A stretch of DNA of 48,033 nucleotides from assembly GCA_964426025.1 (NCBI GenBank), contig CAYRQB010000004.1:1-48033 (forward strand), read 5' to 3'. Made by a program: the position numbers and the translations under genes. The DNA is from an uncultured Heliomicrobium sp. (GTDB lineage: Bacteria; Acidobacteriota; Blastocatellia; RBC074). Below the pieces are notes generated by a model. The model made no database searches, was not told the DNA's origin, and worked only from the letters and a program-made list of their open reading frames with translations. Numbering within the stretch: the stretch's first letter is position 1; the number at the start of each line of letters is the position of its first letter. Positions 11,802 through 21,065 of the stretch are shown here, piece after piece.

Positions 11802-11848
11802 ATTGCCAACAGAAAACTTTTGAAAAGGAGATTACGAAAATCAAGGAG

Positions 11849-13510
11849 ATGAAACCACACCGACAACTAAGCGACGATCCGCTCTGGTTTAAGGACGCGG
11901 TGTTTTATGAAATTTACGTTCGCGGTTTTTTTGATTCCAACGCGGACGGCATAGGTGATTTTCGCGGCTTGATCGAGAAGCTGGATTATCTGGAATGGCT
12001 GGGCGTGGATTGCATCTGGCTGCTGCCGATGTACGCCTCGCCGTTGCGCGACGGCGGTTACGACATTTCGGATTATTACGCCATGTTGCCTGAATACGGC
12101 AAAACCGAAGACTTCGGGCGTTTTCTCAACGCGGCGCACGAACGCGGAATGCGCGTGATCGCGGATTTGGTTTTGAATCACACTTCGGATCAACACGCCT
12201 GGTTTCAGGAATCGCGCAGTTCGCCCGATTCGCCGAAACGCGATTGGTACGTCTGGAGCGATACGGATCAGAAATACACCGACGCGCGAATCATCTTCGT
12301 TGATACCGAAAGGTCGAACTGGACGTGGGACGAACAGGCGGGAGCTTTTTACTGGCACAGGTTCTTCAGCCATCAGCCCGATCTGAACTATGCCAACGAA
12401 GAAGTGCAGCAGGCCATGCTGGAAGTGCTTTCATTCTGGATGGAGATGGGAATTGACGGTTTCCGTTTGGATGCCGTGCCGTATTTGTTCGAGCGCGACG
12501 GAACGAATTGCGAAAACCTGCAGGAAACTCATGCCTTCATCAAACGTTTGCGCGAACACGTTGATCGGAATTATCCGGGCCGGGTGTTGCTGGCTGAAGC
12601 GAATCAATGGCCCGAAGACGTGGTGGCTTATTTCGGCAAAGGAGATGAATGTCACATGGCTTATCACTTCCCGATCATGCCGCGTTTGTTTATGGCGCTC
12701 AGCCAGGAAAATCGCCGTCCGATTGTTGAAGTTCTGGAAAAAACTCCTGCGATTCCTGACAACTGCCAATGGGGAATGTTTCTGCGCAATCACGACGAAA
12801 TGACTTTGGAGATGGTGACGGACGAAGAACGCGATTATCTTTATTCGGAATACGCCAAAGATTCGCGCATGCGCTGCAACATAGGCATCCGCCGTCGTCT
12901 GGCGCCACTGATGGATAACGGACGCCGAAGAATCGAATTGCTGCACGGGTTGTTATTCAGTTTGCCGGGCAGTCCGTTTCTTTATTACGGCGACGAAATC
13001 GGCATGGGCGACAATATTTATCTTGGCGACCGCGACGGAGTGCGAACGCCAATGCAATGGTCGCCGGATCGCAACGCCGGGTTTTCCAGAGCGGATTTCG
13101 CGCAGTTGTATTTCCCTGTGATCATGGACCCGGTTTACGGTTACGAATCAGTCAACGTCGAAGCGCAGATGCGCACATCAACTTCGCTTTTGCATTGGGT
13201 GCGCCGGGCGATTGAATTGCGCCGTCGTTATCCGGTTTTCAGCCGAGGCACGCTGGAATTCATCAAGCCGGAGAACCGCAAAATTTTTGCTTTCACCAGA
13301 AGCCATCAGGATGTGACCGTTCTGTGCGCTTACAACCTGTCGCGTTCGGCGCAACCGGTCGAACTCGATCTGAGCAAATACGAAGGCTGCATTCCGGTTG
13401 AAATTTCCGACAACGTCGAATTTCCGCGCATCGGCAAACAGCCTTACCAGCTTTCATTCAACGAGTACGGCTTCTTCTGGTTCTGGCTGAAGAAAGATGA
13501 TGCAAGGTAA
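11849..13510 (+). CDS. treS: trehalose synthase / maltose alpha-D-glucosyltransferase
   Basis: The ORF 11798-13510 begins with a TTG that overlaps the treY stop. I prefer the ATG at 11849 (MKPHRQL...). The motifs WFKDAVFYE.YVR.F.DSN.DGIGDF.G, GFRLDAVPYL and EANQWPED are typical of TreS without a maltokinase domain. Confidence 0.88.
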   Translation: MKPHRQLSDDPLWFKDAVFYEIYVRGFFDSNADGIGDFRGLIEKLDYLEWLGVDCIWLLPMYASPLRDGGYDISDYYAMLPEYGKTEDFGRFLNAAHERGMRVIADLVLNHTSDQHAWFQESRSSPDSPKRDWYVWSDTDQKYTDARIIFVDTERSNWTWDEQAGAFYWHRFFSHQPDLNYANEEVQQAMLEVLSFWMEMGIDGFRLDAVPYLFERDGTNCENLQETHAFIKRLREHVDRNYPGRVLLAEANQWPEDVVAYFGKGDECHMAYHFPIMPRLFMALSQENRRPIVEVLEKTPAIPDNCQWGMFLRNHDEMTLEMVTDEERDYLYSEYAKDSRMRCNIGIRRRLAPLMDNGRRRIELLHGLLFSLPGSPFLYYGDEIGMGDNIYLGDRDGVRTPMQWSPDRNAGFSRADFAQLYFPVIMDPVYGYESVNVEAQMRTSTSLLHWVRRAIELRRRYPVFSRGTLEFIKPENRKIFAFTRSHQDVTVLCAYNLSRSAQPVELDLSKYEGCIPVEISDNVEFPRIGKQPYQLSFNEYGFFWFWLKKDDAR

Positions 13511-15931
13511 TCACACGATGCGGATGCGCAAAGCATCGGCCAGCGCGTCGTATTCCCCGGCCAGTTCCCCAGGCTTCTTGTCATCGTCGTTTTGCCCTGG
13601 TTGAATTGCCGGAAGTTGTTGACGCACGATTTTGAAAAACAATTGTTGAGCGTTGATCAGATCGAATTCGATTGCGGCCATTTGCAGAATTTCCAACAGT
13701 TCTACGATGCGTTCGATCAGTGCCGGATCGCGCGGAGAGAGTGAAAGTTCTTCCATCATCGCGGTCAGCTTGTGGCTGGCTGCAAAGGCGATGGATTTCT
13801 TTTCGGCGTCGAATCCCCACTTTTTGACTTCGTCCAGAAGGTTGCGCAATTGATCGAAATCCGTTTCGCCGTTTTCCATCAACCTGCGTAAATTGGCGTT
13901 GAGAATGTATTCGACAGGCGTCGCCAGGGCTTTCGGCAATGGAACATCCAGTTCGCGCATGGCCTGCATGATCGGGTAATTGTGATCGTAAATCTGTCGG
14001 AAGGACGATTCGATCTCTTCCAGGGTGGAGGTCATGATGCGCCGGAAGATTCTGCGCTGTTCGTCGCGGAACAAATGCCAGAGCGAATAATTGTGACTTT
14101 CAAAATGCCTGTCCATCAGCCGAATGATTTCCGGCAGATCGCTGCGCGAAAAAGCGTCGCTGATTTCCTTTCGCATGATTTCAAATTCTTCTTCGCCCTG
14201 AAATTCACGCACGCCGCCCATCAAAGAGTGATTGCCGAGATGCAAAACCGCGAAGCTGATGGCCTTTTCAGACCAGGTGATTCTGGAATGCATGTTTGCG
14301 CGGCCAATCGCCAGTTTCTGTCTGCCTGCTTCGCGGCGCTCGTAAAAATCGCGCCGAGCCGTGTAACAATTGATGTCGGCGATTTCCTGATAATCTTCAA
14401 ACAGCGATGACACTGCGTAATGCGCTCCGACGCGCATCAGGTCAATCATCGCCGGTTTGACCAGCTTTTCGTAAACCTGCGCGCCGTTGCCGTGTTCGGG
14501 CAAATTGCTAGGCGCGTTTTCAAGCAAGGCGATGAATTCAGGTTCGAGATTCAGGCCGCATGTTTTTTCGGCCAACTGCATGGCGCGCGCCGCATACTGC
14601 ATGACCTGAGTCGTTTCCAGTCCGGAAATTTCGTCGAAAAACCAACCGCAGCTTGTGTACATCAGCATTTCGTGGCGCTGCATTTCCAGCAGGCGCAGAG
14701 CCTTGACCTTGTCCGCCGGATCAAGCTGGCGACCGGCATGCCGCAACAAAAATGCTTCGACGTTTTCCGGCGACCTGTCCAGTATGACTGAGATGTAATC
14801 GTCGCGTGCGTCCCAGGGTTCTGGAATCAGCGGCGTCATTTCCTTCTGATATAACTCGGCCAGTTTGTCGCGCAGCATATCCAATGCCTCGCGTAACGGA
14901 GCGCGCCATTGCTGACGCCATTCGGGACGCCCAGAATTGCAGCCGCAATCGCCGCGCCATCTTTCGACGCCGTGCAGACAACTCCACGACGTGTTTTCGA
15001 TGATCTCGACTTCACACATCGGCGGATGATGCTCTATGAACTCGCCGTAGTTTGTGATTCGCGCCATCTGGCTGGCTTCGATCTGTTGCAGCGCGAATGC
15101 CAACGCCATCTCTCCGAATCTGTGGTGATGGCCGTATGTTTCTCCGTCCGTCGCCAGGTGAACAAGCTGTGTTTCGTCCGATTCGGTGAAGACGCTCATC
15201 CAACGTCGCGCCAATTCCTCGCCGTTATTGAGCAATCCGTTGAAGGCGATTTCCTGCGAAACCGGCCCGTCGTAAAAAAAGAGCGTGATGGTTCTGCCTG
15301 AAGGCAGAAGGCATAAATATCTTTGCTTCGGGTCAATTCTTGATTCGCTGACGTCAACCCATCCTTTCTCGCCAATGCGGCGGACTCGCTTTGCCTGACG
15401 CGGAGCCAGAATGGTGAACGCGATGCCGTGATCAACCAGCGTTTCCAGCGTTTCCAGATCAACAGCCGTTTCCGGCAACCACATGCCTTCGGGTTGGCGG
15501 CCAAAACGGTGTCGGAAATCTCTGATCCCCCAGACGACCTGTGTGCGTTTATCCGCGGCGTTGGCCAGCGGCATGATCAAATGATTGTAAGCCTGAGCCA
15601 GCGCCGACCCATGACCGGAAAAACGCGCGAGGCTTTCACGGTCGGCTTCGATAATCGCCTGATACACATCAGGCGTATGCAACTGCATCCAGGCCAGCAA
15701 AGTCGGTCCGAAGTTGAAGCTGATGCGCGAATAATTGTTGACGATGTCGCGGATGTAATGTTCGTTGTCGAGTATGCGCGCGGCGGCGTTCGGCGCGTAA
15801 CATTCCGCTGTGATTCTTTCGTTCCAATCGTGGAACGGATAAGCCGAATCCTGAAGCTCGATTTCTTCCAGCCAGGGGTTTTCGCGGGGCGGTTGATAAA
15901 AATGTCCGTGAACGCAGAGGAAGCGGTTCAT
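13511..15931 (-). CDS. glycoside hydrolase family 57 protein with long C-terminal (DUF3536-type) extension
   Basis: 806-aa ORF. The N-terminal HGHFYQPPRENPW and WLPE.A motifs are typical of GH57. The C-terminal ~350 aa are helical. The start shares one base with the treZ stop (TAATG at 15929-15933, minus strand). Confidence 0.85.
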   Translation of the reverse strand: MNRFLCVHGHFYQPPRENPWLEEIELQDSAYPFHDWNERITAECYAPNAAARILDNEHYIRDIVNNYSRISFNFGPTLLAWMQLHTPDVYQAIIEADRESLARFSGHGSALAQAYNHLIMPLANAADKRTQVVWGIRDFRHRFGRQPEGMWLPETAVDLETLETLVDHGIAFTILAPRQAKRVRRIGEKGWVDVSESRIDPKQRYLCLLPSGRTITLFFYDGPVSQEIAFNGLLNNGEELARRWMSVFTESDETQLVHLATDGETYGHHHRFGEMALAFALQQIEASQMARITNYGEFIEHHPPMCEVEIIENTSWSCLHGVERWRGDCGCNSGRPEWRQQWRAPLREALDMLRDKLAELYQKEMTPLIPEPWDARDDYISVILDRSPENVEAFLLRHAGRQLDPADKVKALRLLEMQRHEMLMYTSCGWFFDEISGLETTQVMQYAARAMQLAEKTCGLNLEPEFIALLENAPSNLPEHGNGAQVYEKLVKPAMIDLMRVGAHYAVSSLFEDYQEIADINCYTARRDFYERREAGRQKLAIGRANMHSRITWSEKAISFAVLHLGNHSLMGGVREFQGEEEFEIMRKEISDAFSRSDLPEIIRLMDRHFESHNYSLWHLFRDEQRRIFRRIMTSTLEEIESSFRQIYDHNYPIMQAMRELDVPLPKALATPVEYILNANLRRLMENGETDFDQLRNLLDEVKKWGFDAEKKSIAFAASHKLTAMMEELSLSPRDPALIERIVELLEILQMAAIEFDLINAQQLFFKIVRQQLPAIQPGQNDDDKKPGELAGEYDALADALRIRIV

Positions 15932-17760
15932 TAAGTATTCTCCTTCTGGTACAGGACAACGCTCAGCGGTTGAATTGTCAACTCCTCGCCTTTCGAAATT
16001 GTTTCAGGAAGCGTCGCGCCCGGTCCGTTCCAGACGCTGTCGGCGGAATCCAGAAGCTTTTTCCACCTTCCCGCAGACCATTCGTCCGGATAACCGACCG
16101 CCTGCTGATTGAAGTTCATGACGCAAAGAGTTTCGTCGTTCAGATAAGCGCGGCGATGAAAGATCAGCCGATTGGATTCATGCAGAAGGACGCCGGATTG
16201 TTTTTTGTCGTGATGCGCCAACGAAGCGACGCTTCGCCGCAGTTGGATCAGCCTTCGATAAAATTCCAAAAGCATCTTGTGATCGCCCTGATTTCTCAGT
16301 TCCCAGCGCAGTTTCGATTTCAGAAAAGTATCTGGCGATTGCGGGTCGGGCGGTTCTCCCTGCCAGGCGAAAGCGGCGAATTCGTTCTTGCGTCCTTCGC
16401 GAACGGCGGCGATCAAACCTTCGTCGCCGTGATTGACGAAATAAAGAAAAGGCGCTTGTTCGCCGTACTCTTCGCCCATAAAAAGCATCGGCACATTTGG
16501 CGCGAGCAACACCGCGCCAGCCGCCAGCTTCTGCGCCTCAAAGGAAACCAGTTGCGACAGCCGTTCGCCCATCATTCGATTGCCGACCTGATCATGGTTT
16601 TGGTCGAAGACGACGAATTGATGCGCCGGGCGATCAATCGCCGAAGCTCCGACGCGCGTTTTGGCGTGAACCGAATACTGACCCGAGTAAACGAATCCTT
16701 CGCTCAATGCCTTCGCCAGATCGGAGACGTTGCCGTAATCGGCGTAATATCCGGCTCGTTCGCCGGTCAGCAGCACGCGCAGCGAATGATGAAAGTCGTC
16801 GTTCCATTGCGCATCCATGCCGAATCCGCCCAGTTCTTTCGGACGGATAATTTTAGGATCGTTCAGATTGGTTTCGGCTATCAGATGGATGCGGCGATTC
16901 CGTTGTTCGGCGAAATCGCGAACCGCGTCCGCCAGTTCCTGCAAAAACGGATAGGCGCTTTGATCGTAAATTTCATGAATCGCGTCCAGGCGGAATCCGT
17001 CAAAATGAAATTCCCTGAGCCAGTAAAGCGCGTTCTGCAAAAAATAGTTTCTTACCTTGTCGCTGTGTTCGCCGTCGAAGTTCAGCGCGCTTCCCCACGG
17101 AGTTCGATATTTGTCGGTGAAGTAAGGAGCGAACTGGCTCAGGTAATTTCCTTCAGGCCCCAGATGGTTGTAAACGACATCCAGCAGAACGGCGATTCCG
17201 CGCTGGTGACAGGCGTCAACCAGACGTTTCAAATCTTCCGTCGTTCCGTATGAATTTTGCGCAGCGAAGGGATGAACTCCGTCATAACCCCAATTGCGCT
17301 GGCCGGGAAATTGCGAGATCGGCATCATCTCAATGGCGTTGACGCCGAGGTCTTTCAAATCATCAAGTCGCGGAATGATTGCCGCAAAAGTTCCTTCGGG
17401 CGTGAACGTTCCGACGTGCAATTCGTAAATGATCAATTCTTCCGGCAACAATCCTCGCCATGATTCGTCCGACCATTGGAAGTCGCGATGATTGATCACC
17501 TGCGAAACCTGATGCACGCCTTCGGGCTGAAACTGCGAAGCCGGATCGGGACGGTCAACGTCGCCGTTCAATCTGTAAAAGTAGGTCGTTCCGGGCAAAA
17601 CGTTTTCGATCTCCACTCGCCAATAACCGTCATCGTCGCGCGACATCGGAACGATTCGCTCGCGCGGCGAAACCAGTCTGACGGCTACGGATTCGGCGAA
17701 TGGCGACCAGACGGCAAAACGGCATCTGCCTTCGCCCAGATAATGAGCGCCAATGTTCAT
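15931..17760 (-). CDS. treZ: malto-oligosyltrehalose trehalohydrolase
   Basis: 609-aa ORF. The motifs F.VWAP.A..V.L, GFRLDA and the GH13 regions VVYNHLGPEGNY and FDQNHDQVGNR are typical of TreZ. Confidence 0.9.
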   Translation of the reverse strand: MNIGAHYLGEGRCRFAVWSPFAESVAVRLVSPRERIVPMSRDDDGYWRVEIENVLPGTTYFYRLNGDVDRPDPASQFQPEGVHQVSQVINHRDFQWSDESWRGLLPEELIIYELHVGTFTPEGTFAAIIPRLDDLKDLGVNAIEMMPISQFPGQRNWGYDGVHPFAAQNSYGTTEDLKRLVDACHQRGIAVLLDVVYNHLGPEGNYLSQFAPYFTDKYRTPWGSALNFDGEHSDKVRNYFLQNALYWLREFHFDGFRLDAIHEIYDQSAYPFLQELADAVRDFAEQRNRRIHLIAETNLNDPKIIRPKELGGFGMDAQWNDDFHHSLRVLLTGERAGYYADYGNVSDLAKALSEGFVYSGQYSVHAKTRVGASAIDRPAHQFVVFDQNHDQVGNRMMGERLSQLVSFEAQKLAAGAVLLAPNVPMLFMGEEYGEQAPFLYFVNHGDEGLIAAVREGRKNEFAAFAWQGEPPDPQSPDTFLKSKLRWELRNQGDHKMLLEFYRRLIQLRRSVASLAHHDKKQSGVLLHESNRLIFHRRAYLNDETLCVMNFNQQAVGYPDEWSAGRWKKLLDSADSVWNGPGATLPETISKGEELTIQPLSVVLYQKENT

Positions 17761-17809
17761 GGGTAATCAGAAATTCCTTTCGAAGCGGAGAGAGTAATCC
17801 TGAACGGGT

Positions 17810-17818
17810 ATTTTACCA
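17810..17818 (-). promoter_or_regulatory. extended -10 promoter candidate (TGGTAAAAT) for treZ-GH57
   Basis: The minus strand reads TGGTAAAAT about 50 nt upstream of the treZ ATG (17760). No good -35 element is seen. Confidence 0.3.
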
Positions 17819-17892
17819 ATCGCGCCAAATATACGTGGCTCGAAGTCAAACGATCTGGCTGAATGTCTGAAGGTCGGGTTTGGATTGATGAG

Positions 17893-19782
17893 TTATGGCA
17901 GCGGCGCCAAATCATCCTCAATGCCGCGTGTGCGCCGGTAATAGCTTTCGTAAATCGCTCCGGCTTTGGGGGCGGCGTGAATTCCGCCGAAGCCGCTGTT
18001 TTCGGCCAACACTACTGCGGAAATCTCCGGCTCATCGCGCGGCGCAAAGCTGACGAACCAGGCGTGATCTTTGTACTTTTCACCGGCTCGGGATTTCGAC
18101 GCCACCTGTGCGGTTCCGGTTTTGCCTGAAACATCGAAGCCTTCGACGCGCGCCCGGGTTCCGGTTCCGCTTTCGTTGACGACTCCCCACATCGCTTTCG
18201 TCACCATGCGATGAACTTCGGAACTCATCGGAACGAAGAATTTCTGTTCGTCCACATATTCGATCTCAGCGCGGTGTTCGCCCATTCGGTCAATTCCAGA
18301 CCTGGCCGTCAGCAACAAATGCGGCGTAGCCATTTCGCCGCCCGCCGCAACGCCGGCAGTCAATCGAAGCATTTGCAAAGGTGTGATGGCTATGCCCTGA
18401 CCGATTGCAGCGGCGGCGGTGTCGTAATCGCGCCACTTCGGGTCTTTCGGATTGACTCTGGCTTTCCAGGCGCGACTGGGCGGAATTCCCGCGCGTTCGT
18501 TGGGCAGATCAATGCCCGTGCGTTGTCCCAATCGAAAGACGCCTGTCCATTTCTCAATGCTTTCGATTCCCATCTTCAAACCCAGCCGGTAAAAATAACC
18601 GTCAGCCGATCTGACAATCGCCAGATGAATGTCCGGGTAACCGAGATTTGAAAGCGAACTCATCCGGTAATTGCCGATTTGCAGACCGCCGTCTTTGATC
18701 TTTGAACTTTCTGGAGTGATTGTGCCTTCGTTGAGAGCCGCGACCGCCATGAAGATTTTCCACGTCGAACCGGTCGGATACGTGCCCTGAATGACGCGGT
18801 TGAACAATGGACGATCTTCGTCTTCGTAAAGAGTGCGTATGTCATCCTTGTCGCCGGGCAATTTCGCGCGCAATGAAAACAGATTGGGATCGAAAGCCGG
18901 TCGGCTGACCATCGCCAGAATTTCGCCGCTGGCCGGGTCCATCACGGCGATTGCGCCGCGACCTGATGGAATATCATCCGCCTGTTCTTCGGCGACTTTC
19001 TGAACTTCAAAATCCAGCGTGGAGTAAAGATCGCGGCCTTGTATGGGAGCGATTCGCTCAACCTCTTCGCGGATGCGACCGCGACTGTCAACGACGACGA
19101 TTCGTTCTCCGTCCCTGCCGGTCAGGATTTCGTTGTAAGCTCGCTCCAGACCGTTCTTGCCGACGACGTCTCCCATTCGATAACCTTTTTCACGGCTGTA
19201 ATCGCCTTTCTCCAATTCGCGCTTGCTGACTTCGCCGACGTAACCCAACGCGTGAGCGGCCAGTTTGCCGTACACATAACGACGCTGTGGCATCTCCTCG
19301 ATTCGCAATTCGGGATGCTCATACTGATGCGCGACAACCCAGGCCACATCTTCCGAATCGGCGTTTTCCTTGACGACTATGGGCAGATATTTTGCTTCGT
19401 ACTTCGCCTCCTCGAATCGCCGGGCCAACCATTCGCGATCAATGCCGAGTTGACTGACCAGCAATTCAATTTCGGCTTCGACGCTTTTCAAATCTTCGCG
19501 GCTGACAATGATGTTGTAAGAAGGGCGACTGTCGGCCAGGACGATTCCGTTGCGGTCGAAGATTCTGCCGCGCGGAGCTTTGATCGGCAGACGGCGCAAA
19601 CGATTTTGCTGAGACATCTCCGCGTAAGTTTGGTGATTGACGACTTGCATCAGATAAAGCCGCCCGGCAAAAAGCAGAAAGATGACCAGCGCGATCAGAC
19701 GCAAAACGTTCAACCGCGACCTGAACTGTCTGCGCTCTTCGTATCCATCGAAGTTTTGCGAGGGTAAATTGCGTCTATGCAT
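17893..19782 (-). CDS. mrdA: penicillin-binding protein 2 (elongasome transpeptidase)
   Basis: 629-aa ORF with an N-terminal TM anchor, then LY.MQV..H..Y. It has the SxxK motif (GSTWK) and KTG (SGKTGTAQ). Confidence 0.9.
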   Translation of the reverse strand: MHRRNLPSQNFDGYEERRQFRSRLNVLRLIALVIFLLFAGRLYLMQVVNHQTYAEMSQQNRLRRLPIKAPRGRIFDRNGIVLADSRPSYNIIVSREDLKSVEAEIELLVSQLGIDREWLARRFEEAKYEAKYLPIVVKENADSEDVAWVVAHQYEHPELRIEEMPQRRYVYGKLAAHALGYVGEVSKRELEKGDYSREKGYRMGDVVGKNGLERAYNEILTGRDGERIVVVDSRGRIREEVERIAPIQGRDLYSTLDFEVQKVAEEQADDIPSGRGAIAVMDPASGEILAMVSRPAFDPNLFSLRAKLPGDKDDIRTLYEDEDRPLFNRVIQGTYPTGSTWKIFMAVAALNEGTITPESSKIKDGGLQIGNYRMSSLSNLGYPDIHLAIVRSADGYFYRLGLKMGIESIEKWTGVFRLGQRTGIDLPNERAGIPPSRAWKARVNPKDPKWRDYDTAAAAIGQGIAITPLQMLRLTAGVAAGGEMATPHLLLTARSGIDRMGEHRAEIEYVDEQKFFVPMSSEVHRMVTKAMWGVVNESGTGTRARVEGFDVSGKTGTAQVASKSRAGEKYKDHAWFVSFAPRDEPEISAVVLAENSGFGGIHAAPKAGAIYESYYRRTRGIEDDLAPLP

Positions 19783-19864
19783 GATTCGTCGTCTTTGCCT
19801 GATAAATTTCGATAGCGCGCTAAGCCAACCAGAACACGGATTAATCGAAGATCAAAAATCATTC

Positions 19865-19910
19865 GATTCATCTGTGTTCATCCGTGTGAATCAGTGTGCA
19901 TCTGTGGTTT
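19865..19910. repeat. tandem degenerate ~10-nt units (TTCATCTGTG / TTCATCCGTGTG / AATCAGTGTG / CATCTGTGG), REP-like
   Basis: The units are read directly in the mreB-like/mrdA intergenic spacer. Confidence 0.5.
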
Positions 19911-19943
19911 ATGGTTTGTCTCAATGTCTGATGTAAATTGCTT

Positions 19944-21065
19944 TCACACCTCAGCCAGCGAAGTTTCGCTTTCAGCCGGGTCTGCGGGTTTATGGGTTTT
20001 GATCAGGTCAATTGAAATATCTGATTCCTGTTCCAGCAGATGACCTGCGCCCATCACTGCCGCAAGCATCGGATCGCTGGCTACTTGCACCCGCAAGCCA
20101 AGTTCCTGGCTGAGCGAATCGGCCAAACCGGGAAGCTGCGACAGGCCGCCGCTCAAAGTGATTCCCGAATCCAGCAGATCAACCGAAGCTTCGGTCGGAA
20201 TGTCTTCCAGAGCGGTCAACACTTGTTGTTGTATGACGCGCAGAACAGGCTGAATCAAAGGCCGAATTTCTTCGTTCGTGACGGAAATTTCTTCGGGCAG
20301 GGCCGTCGTCAGATTTCGACCGCGTACGGCCAGCGCGCGCGAATCGAATTGATCCGCCACGGATCCAAGTTTGATCTTGATCTCTTCGGCGGTTTCAAGG
20401 CTGATTTCCAGTATTCGTTCGTTGTGCAGGTAACGAGCGATTGCCCGATCAATTTCCAGACCGCCTACGCGTCTGGTGGATGCGTGCAGGACGCTGCCGC
20501 TGCTGACCACTGCGATGTCCGTCGTTCCCGCGCCGATGTCAATTACCATGCAGGCCTTCGCTTCGTGCATGTTGATGTTGGCTCCGGCAGCCGCTGCGTA
20601 TGGCTCTTCAATCAGCATTGCACTGCTCGCCCCCGCTTTCATCACCGTTTCTTCGTATGTTTTCTGTTCCAAAGGCGTGATGTCCGCAGGCACGCAAATC
20701 AGCAGGCTTGGATTGGCCGTTCCCTGATGCGTGCCGGCACGGCTGATGAATTGAGAGATCATCTGAACGGCGGCTTCGCAATCGGCGATGACGCCGTTTT
20801 TGATCGGATGCACTACGTTGATTGATCGCGGCTCGCGTCCTGCCAGTTCTCTGGCATTCTGTCCCAATGCCACGACCTGATCTGTGCCGGATTTCAACGC
20901 GATCATGGACGGTTCGTTAAGGACAACTCCGGCTCCGGGCAGGTAAATGCGCGTATTGGCAGTGCCGAAATCAACCGCCATTTTTTCGCTCGGGTTCAGG
21001 TTCAAACCCTGAAACGACGATTTCCACATCTGCTCTAGCTTTTCTTTCCAACCCCACTTACTCAT
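19944..21065 (-). CDS. mreB: MreB/Mbl-family actin-like protein (divergent paralogue with terminal extensions)
   Basis: 373-aa ORF. The SD AGGAGGG lies upstream. The motifs DFGTANT, NEPS, PIKNGVIAD, IEEP.AAA.GA, DIGAGTTD and LSGG are collinear with MreB. Confidence 0.83.
   Translation of the reverse strand: MSKWGWKEKLEQMWKSSFQGLNLNPSEKMAVDFGTANTRIYLPGAGVVLNEPSMIALKSGTDQVVALGQNARELAGREPRSINVVHPIKNGVIADCEAAVQMISQFISRAGTHQGTANPSLLICVPADITPLEQKTYEETVMKAGASSAMLIEEPYAAAAGANINMHEAKACMVIDIGAGTTDIAVVSSGSVLHASTRRVGGLEIDRAIARYLHNERILEISLETAEEIKIKLGSVADQFDSRALAVRGRNLTTALPEEISVTNEEIRPLIQPVLRVIQQQVLTALEDIPTEASVDLLDSGITLSGGLSQLPGLADSLSQELGLRVQVASDPMLAAVMGAGHLLEQESDISIDLIKTHKPADPAESETSLAEV

Noticed and set aside
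15970-17253. 427-aa ORF on the + strand opposite treZ.
   Set aside because: It lies entirely antisense to a gene with a strong collinear GH13/TreZ motif match. Its translation is Arg/Gln/Phe-rich with no recognisable motifs, which is typical of a shadow ORF in GC-biased DNA.
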